This document shows positions 58,739 through 64,000 of a stretch of 64,000 bases of DNA, piece by piece. Every line of letters begins with the position of its first letter. Position 1 is the stretch's first letter. The position numbers and the translations under genes were made by a program. The notes below the pieces were generated by a model. It ran no database searches and was not told the DNA's origin. It worked only from the letters and a program-made list of their open reading frames with translations. Source of the DNA: an uncultured delta proteobacterium (GTDB taxonomy: Bacteria; Desulfobacterota; Binatia; Binatales; Binataceae); contig CAWEEQ010000004.1 of the NCBI GenBank assembly GCA_963808235.1, forward strand, positions 2,656,001 through 2,720,000, written 5' to 3'.

Positions 58739-59143
58739 CTACTCGTCGAGCGGCTGCGCATACTCGACCAGCACGCCGCGAGTCGCCTTGGGATGAAGGA
58801 AGCAGATCATGCCGGCGAGTCCGTGGCGCGGCTTTTGATCGATTAGCTGGATATCTTTCCCGCGCGCCGCGTCGAGCTCGCGCGCGACGTCGTCGCTCTC
58901 GAAGCATACGTGATGCAATCCGCCGCCGCGCCGCGCGAGAAACTTGCCGACGCCATTTTCTGCATCGAGCGGTTCGAGCAGTTCGATTTCGCTCTCGCCG
59001 ACTTTGAGCAGGGCCGCGCGAACGCCCTGCTCTTCAATCGTCGCGCTCTTGGTGAGATGCAGGCCGAGCGTGTCGCGCCAGAACTTCAAACTCGCGTCGA
59101 GATTCGGCACGACCACGCCGACGTGATGAATCTTTTTGAGCAT
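58739..59143 (-). CDS. mce: Methylmalonyl-CoA epimerase
   Basis: IHHVG, QGV, IELLEP, KFL..RG.GLHHVC, FLHPK...GVLVE. Confidence 0.88.
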   Translation of the reverse strand: MLKKIHHVGVVVPNLDASLKFWRDTLGLHLTKSATIEEQGVRAALLKVGESEIELLEPLDAENGVGKFLARRGGGLHHVCFESDDVARELDAARGKDIQLIDQKPRHGLAGMICFLHPKATRGVLVEYAQPLDE

Positions 59144-59150
59144 CCCCGCG

Positions 59151-61568
59151 CTAGTTGGCCCTGTGATCGAGGCATAGCTTTTTCTGTAGCTGGTCCCACT
59201 GAGCAAACATCTCACGCGACCCGAGCGTCGGATGCTCGATACGCGTCTGCCTGAGCTTGTCGCACGCACCCGTGTTGTTGCCCTGCTCGCTGTAGACTAC
59301 GGCGATGTTGTACTTTGCTTCGTAGTACAGGGGGTCGGATTCGGCCGCCGTGCCCTCGACGGCGGTCCATAGGTTCACCGCGTCCTTCCAGTCCTTCTTC
59401 TCCTGCGCGATGCGCGCGAGACCTGCGTTAGCATCAGGCGACCCGGGGTCGGCCTTCACGACCTGCTGGAAGACCTTGTCCGCCTCGTCGTTCTGTCCGG
59501 TCGCTTGCAGCGCTTGCGCGTAGATCGACAGCGTACCGGTCAGATTTTTGACCGGGATCTTGCCTGCCCCGGCCATGTCCGCGAAATACTTGTACGCCGT
59601 GATCGTCAGCTTAGCGTTGGCGTTGTAGGCCTTCTCGTCGCCGTTTCCCTTGGCCTCTTTGGCGGCGTTCCAGAAGTCGATTCCGAGTCCCTTGATAAAA
59701 TCACTCTTGGCGGTATTGCCCTTGCTGCGTTCGACCAGTGCGGCCACGTCACGGTTAACTTCATCGTACTTGCCAGTGTGATCGAGCGCCGTGATTCGCC
59801 ACTCGGCGACATCCTGGAACTTAGCGCTCATGCTCGGGTATTGCGATTCGTATCCATTCAAGAGCGGCCCTACCTGCGCGTATTCGACGTGGTCCTGGTC
59901 TTCTTCGAGGATTGAAGCGAGCATGTACGTCGCTTCGCCGCGAATCTCGCGAACCTCCTTCTTGGCAACCGGAGTATTGGCAGCGCGCTCCGCCTCAGGC
60001 CCCATCTTGATTGCCTCGTTCAGACTGTCCAATGCGGCCTTTCTGACCGCGGCGGTATCGAGCTTGGGACCTTTGTTGTCCTTGTTTTCCTTAGTAGCCG
60101 CGGCGTTGCCCTGAAGCTGCTTGTAGTAGCACTCCGCAGCCTTGAACCTTGCGATAAAGGTGAACTCGGGGGCGCCCTTGACCTTGGAATACATCTGGGC
60201 GGCTCCGACAAGATCCCCCTGCCGCTGCAGGCGGTCGGCAAGCGCCACCTGCAACTCGGCGGCATGATCACCGTTCGGATTTTTCTGCAGATACTCCTCC
60301 GCGACTTTCGCCCACTGACTTTCCAGCGCCGTATCCTTCTGACCGCCCTTCTGCCATCGGTCGTGCTGGAGGCTGTACTTCAAAAACACCGCCTGGCTCG
60401 CATCGCCGCCCCCACTCGCTGCGATCTTGCCCAGCATCGCCTCGACCAGGTCGTAGCGCTTCTCACGCTGATAGATATCGGCGGCGAACCTGCAGGCCTT
60501 GGGATATTTCCCGCTGTCGCACGCCGCGGCATAGTACTTGGCCGCGCCGGCTTCATCCTTGCGCGAGAGCAACACGGCGGCAAGCAGCCACTTCTCGAAC
60601 GGATCGTTCGAGTTGCCGAACTCCTCGACCGCGTTGCTGGGGAACTTGGATGCCGCCGAGACGTCGATCGCCCATCCTTCCTTGTCGTTCTCCTTGGTCT
60701 TCATCGCGTCGATGATCTGCTGGTGGTACTGAGCCTTCTTGGCGGGATCGCTGGTGGCTCGTTCGGCGCTGAACAGGGTCTGCAATTGAAGCATGAACTG
60801 GCCGGACCCGCCTTTCCCGCCGCCCTCCCCTGGAGTAATCAGCTTTGCGGCCTCATCAGCTTTGCCCATTTTCGCGTAGGTAGTGGAGAGTCCCTGGCGC
60901 GCCGCGGCGTACTGCTGCGTGCTAGTTCCGTCTTCCATTATTTTCTTGAAGTCGGCGATCGCGTGGTCGTATTCGGAGTGATCGAACTTGCCAAGCTCGC
61001 GTTCGCAGAAGGCGCGGCCGAGCGTATTCTCGCGGATCAGGTTGGGATCGGGCATCGCGAGCATGCTGGCGGTGAAGCCGTCGATCGATTGGTTCAGCAG
61101 CTTCTTCGATTGCTCGGCGTTGTCGTCGAACAGAGTGGTCGCAGCCGTGAACCGCAGCCAGGCAAGCGGATATGCGGCCTTCAATGCCAATTGTTCGGGT
61201 TGGTCGTAGTCGCATTGCCCGCCGTTGTCGATCTGCGCGATGCAATCGTCCTTCTTCTTGGCATAGGTCGTTTCCATCCGATCGAGCATCGATTCGAGCT
61301 GATGGAAGACCGGTATCAGCGAGCCCTTGTCCACCTTGCCGCTCGAAGTGAGCTTGGCAAAGCTTCCCTCCGCAGCGTCGAGGCGGCTGATCACCTGGTC
61401 TGCGGTCGACGCGTTCGACTCGGCCGAGGACATCTGGCCGGAGAGGCTCGAAAGCTCGCTCTCGAGCTGTCCGGCGCTCTGCGCAGCAGCGACCCCACCC
61501 ATCAGCGCGAGGGCGAAAAATGCGGTCAGCATCACCATAAGGCGATGGGAAAAATGCGAACGATTCAT
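59151..61568 (-). CDS. Large exported TPR/helical repeat protein
   Basis: Signal peptide ending AAA-Q, all-alpha TPR-like repeats, Cys pairs, C-terminal AC..L....HP. Confidence 0.78.
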   Translation of the reverse strand: MNRSHFSHRLMVMLTAFFALALMGGVAAAQSAGQLESELSSLSGQMSSAESNASTADQVISRLDAAEGSFAKLTSSGKVDKGSLIPVFHQLESMLDRMETTYAKKKDDCIAQIDNGGQCDYDQPEQLALKAAYPLAWLRFTAATTLFDDNAEQSKKLLNQSIDGFTASMLAMPDPNLIRENTLGRAFCERELGKFDHSEYDHAIADFKKIMEDGTSTQQYAAARQGLSTTYAKMGKADEAAKLITPGEGGGKGGSGQFMLQLQTLFSAERATSDPAKKAQYHQQIIDAMKTKENDKEGWAIDVSAASKFPSNAVEEFGNSNDPFEKWLLAAVLLSRKDEAGAAKYYAAACDSGKYPKACRFAADIYQREKRYDLVEAMLGKIAASGGGDASQAVFLKYSLQHDRWQKGGQKDTALESQWAKVAEEYLQKNPNGDHAAELQVALADRLQRQGDLVGAAQMYSKVKGAPEFTFIARFKAAECYYKQLQGNAAATKENKDNKGPKLDTAAVRKAALDSLNEAIKMGPEAERAANTPVAKKEVREIRGEATYMLASILEEDQDHVEYAQVGPLLNGYESQYPSMSAKFQDVAEWRITALDHTGKYDEVNRDVAALVERSKGNTAKSDFIKGLGIDFWNAAKEAKGNGDEKAYNANAKLTITAYKYFADMAGAGKIPVKNLTGTLSIYAQALQATGQNDEADKVFQQVVKADPGSPDANAGLARIAQEKKDWKDAVNLWTAVEGTAAESDPLYYEAKYNIAVVYSEQGNNTGACDKLRQTRIEHPTLGSREMFAQWDQLQKKLCLDHRAN

Positions 61569-61635
61569 TTGTCTAATCCCCAAGTACGTGTTTCGAAAAT
61601 GGGTCGCCATAGATAAGGACAACCCATCGATGACG

Positions 61636-62361
61636 TCAAGCCAATTCAAATACTCGCGCAACATCTATTACCGTGGCAAGCGAGGAAATTCGGGCTGTCC
61701 GGGCTGCTATGACAGGGGTCGGCAGCGGTCGCTCGCGATCAATCAATACGGACGCCATTCCAACTGCGCCGGCAGCCGCGAAATCGAGGTGCTCCGAGTC
61801 GCCGATATGCATCGCGTCGCGGGGGCTTGCGCCCACGCTTGAAAGCGCGAACTCGAACAACTCGCGCCGCGGCTTGGCGTAGCCGGCCTCGGACGAAATG
61901 GTAATCGTGTCGAAATGGCGGGTCAGGTCGAGTCCTTCAAGGATGCGATATAACCGGTGATCGAAGTTGGAAATCACGCCCAGTTTGATTCCACTATTCT
62001 TTAGACGTAGCAAGGTCTGCGCCGCTTCATCGTCGGCCACCCAATGAGCCGGGTCTCCGAAGTATGCGAACAGCGTGTCAAAATATCCGTCGAAGTCCGC
62101 AAATTCGCCGAGTGCCGCGAAGGTCTCGGCAACCCGCATCCGCCACCATTCGCGCTCGAGCCGGCGAAGGTCGCCCGGCGGATGCCCCGGCCCGAAAGCG
62201 AGCCCGGGCGCATCGCCGAAGGCACGGCGAAAACCCGCCGAGACCGCCTCCTCTGACGCATCCACCCCGAATTCACGAGCAAGCCGGGCGTAGGTCCGCC
62301 CGATAGGCTCGCGGGGTTCGAACAGGGTCCCCGCAGCGTCGAAGAAAGCAGCCCGAATCAT
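61636..62361 (-). CDS. HAD-IA hydrolase (REG-2/HDHD3-like)
   Basis: FFDAAGTL, ISNFD, KP...F, HIGDS...D motifs. Confidence 0.9.
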   Translation of the reverse strand: MIRAAFFDAAGTLFEPREPIGRTYARLAREFGVDASEEAVSAGFRRAFGDAPGLAFGPGHPPGDLRRLEREWWRMRVAETFAALGEFADFDGYFDTLFAYFGDPAHWVADDEAAQTLLRLKNSGIKLGVISNFDHRLYRILEGLDLTRHFDTITISSEAGYAKPRRELFEFALSSVGASPRDAMHIGDSEHLDFAAAGAVGMASVLIDRERPLPTPVIAARTARISSLATVIDVARVFELA

Positions 62362-62367
62362 TCCCGG

Positions 62368-63243
62368 CTAATTCAAACCGTCCCAGACCTGGATCAACAC
62401 TCCGAAGGCCGAGGTCGGCGAGATGAAGAATTGGCGCTCGCCGCGCCAGTTGCGCTTTTCGTCGACGACCCTGATGCCGTCGCGCTTGAGTAGGTCGCGG
62501 GTCGCGTCGAAGTCTTTCAAGTCGATCGAAATATGATGCATCCCCTCGCCATATTTTGCGATGAACTTGCCGACGAAGTCGTTTCCCGACGTGTTCGGTG
62601 GGCTCTGGATAAACTCGAGCTTGAAGCCGGCGACCTCGATATGCCCGAGCGCAAAGCTACCCTCGGAATTGCTCACGTGCGGCTCGTGCGTAATCTTCGT
62701 ACCGGGGAAGTAGCGGGTGAAGAATTCGTATGCCGTAGTTATGTCTTTCACCGCCAATGACACGTGATCGAAATACGCCTTGCCGTCGGGCGCGGGCTTC
62801 GGATGCGTCTGTTCCCAGTTCGGGGTGTGCCAGAACTGGATCAGCGCGCCGAACGCAGAGCGCGGCGAGATGAATGCGGTCGCAGAGCCGGAGTCGTACT
62901 TTTGCTCGTCGACGATTCGCACCCCGCCCGCTTTCATGTTGGCCGTCAGCGCTTCGAGATTGTCCACCTCGATCGACAGATGATGCATCCCTTCGCCGCG
63001 CCGGTTGATGAACTTGGTGACGAACCCGGGCTTGCCCGGCGGGTCTTCGATCAGCTCGACGACGAATCCGCCCAGATGGAAATCCTGCCAGTAGAACGAT
63101 CCGGCGACTTGCTCGTCGATCGTTTTCGGACTGCGGATCGTGATTGGAAAGTACTTCGCGAAGAACTCGTACGCGCGGTCGATTGATTTCACCGCGATCG
63201 ATACGTGATCGAATCTCATCCGAACTTTTTCAGCCGTAGCCAT
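62368..63243 (-). CDS. Tandem VOC domain protein (double epimerase-like)
   Basis: Two repeats of FDHVS.AVK...F..KFI...GEGMHH.SI...FISP.SAFG.LIQ. Confidence 0.88.
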   Translation of the reverse strand: MATAEKVRMRFDHVSIAVKSIDRAYEFFAKYFPITIRSPKTIDEQVAGSFYWQDFHLGGFVVELIEDPPGKPGFVTKFINRRGEGMHHLSIEVDNLEALTANMKAGGVRIVDEQKYDSGSATAFISPRSAFGALIQFWHTPNWEQTHPKPAPDGKAYFDHVSLAVKDITTAYEFFTRYFPGTKITHEPHVSNSEGSFALGHIEVAGFKLEFIQSPPNTSGNDFVGKFIAKYGEGMHHISIDLKDFDATRDLLKRDGIRVVDEKRNWRGERQFFISPTSAFGVLIQVWDGLN

Positions 63244-63405
63244 GCCTAAACCTTCTCTCCCTTCTGGTGTATGCGAGATTTCCTCGAGCCTGGGCGGAAG
63301 CGCCACAGTAGCCGGAAGGAATTGCGCAGCACCAGCGGCCATCCGTTGGCGATCTTTCCGGCGTACATGCGAAGCGATTGATCGGCGCGCGACAATGCCG
63401 GCACG

Positions 63406-64000
63406 TCAAAGAAATTCGAGCCTCGCGTCAAGCCGCGCGCCCTCGGTGCGCACCACTATATAGCCGCCGCCCTTGAACGGGCCGGCGTTGAGAATTTTCG
63501 TCGGGCCGATCTCGTCGATGCCCGCCGACTCGTGGATATGACCCGAGATGCAGACCTCGGGCTTCACTTCTTCTATAAAACGCCGCGCCGCGGTGCTGCC
63601 GACGGGCTTACCGCTCATGATTCGATCGCACTTGGTGTCGTAGGGCGGCGTGTGACAGATCATCAGCAGCGGGCGCACATCGCGGACCGCTTGGTAGCCG
63701 GCGCGAAGGGTCGCATAGATTTCCTCTTCGCTCAGTTCCATCGGGGTGCCGAACGGCGTGATATTCGAGCCGCCGCATCCGAAGATTCCGATCCCGCCAA
63801 TCGTAAGACCCTTCCCATGCAGCGCGACCCCTCCTCTTCGAGAAACGGGATCACTTCAAGCCGATCGAGATTGCCCGGCACCGCGAGCACCGACGAGCAT
63901 GCGCGGCGCACGTCGGTCAGCACTTTGCGCGCATCGTCGACTCCGCCGAAGTTGGTGAGATCGCCCGACACGATCACGAGGTCGCAATCGCGCATCGCCT
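63406..64000 (-). CDS. Metallophosphoesterase (Icc-like; 5' truncated by the window edge; apparent 1-nt frameshift near 63830)
   Basis: GDLT and PGN.D in ORF 63732-63995; H.PP and GHIHE in ORF 63406-63741; adding one base joins the two frames. Confidence 0.8.

Noticed and set aside
60264-61616. 450-aa plus-strand ORF
   Set aside because: Antisense shadow of the TPR gene, explained by codon bias
1-64000. CRISPR arrays, tRNA/rRNA, transposases, integrases, prophage or defence genes
   Set aside because: No spaced direct repeats, cloverleaf-like segments or matching protein motifs were seen; intergenic gaps are short

Overview
High-GC diderm bacterial chromosomal segment. Gene content (DUF1329, family III CoA-transferase, LLM oxidoreductase, amidohydrolase, Acidobacteria-type VWA) suggests a Binatia/Deltaproteobacteria-like soil lineage, but this is inference. 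From left to right: (1) a copper/thiol-redox envelope cluster at 1-5741: copC, copD, a small Pro-tailed uORF with a structured leader, a CACGC outer-membrane barrel, TlpA, a lipoprotein, a membrane rhodanese, MauE/DoxX, SCO and a CYCGC protein; (2) a lipid A/Kdo operon lpxB-msbA-waaA-lpxK-ycaR-GT87-kdkA; (3) an isolated secreted Cys-containing protein; (4) a minus-strand run waaF-like, LPS kinase, GT2, GT4, yicC, gmk, rel/spoT, ridA; (5) an M28 peptidase; (6) an incomplete nuoA-C-D block, with nuoI 20 kb away under its own promoter; (7) an atypical kdpFABC locus with a sigma54 promoter and enhancer-like repeats, a receiver-less sigma54 activator instead of kdpDE, an enlarged KdpC and nested small ORFs; (8) assorted metabolic and envelope genes (amgK/murU, menA, slt, thiC, bcp, moeB-rhodanese, mce, a TPR protein). 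No tRNA, rRNA, CRISPR array or mobile element was recognised. Three genes carry apparent 1-2 nt frameshifts in short repeats, possibly sequencing errors. The best candidates for undescribed biology are the uORF-led copper/sulfur envelope module and the sigma54-driven variant Kdp system.
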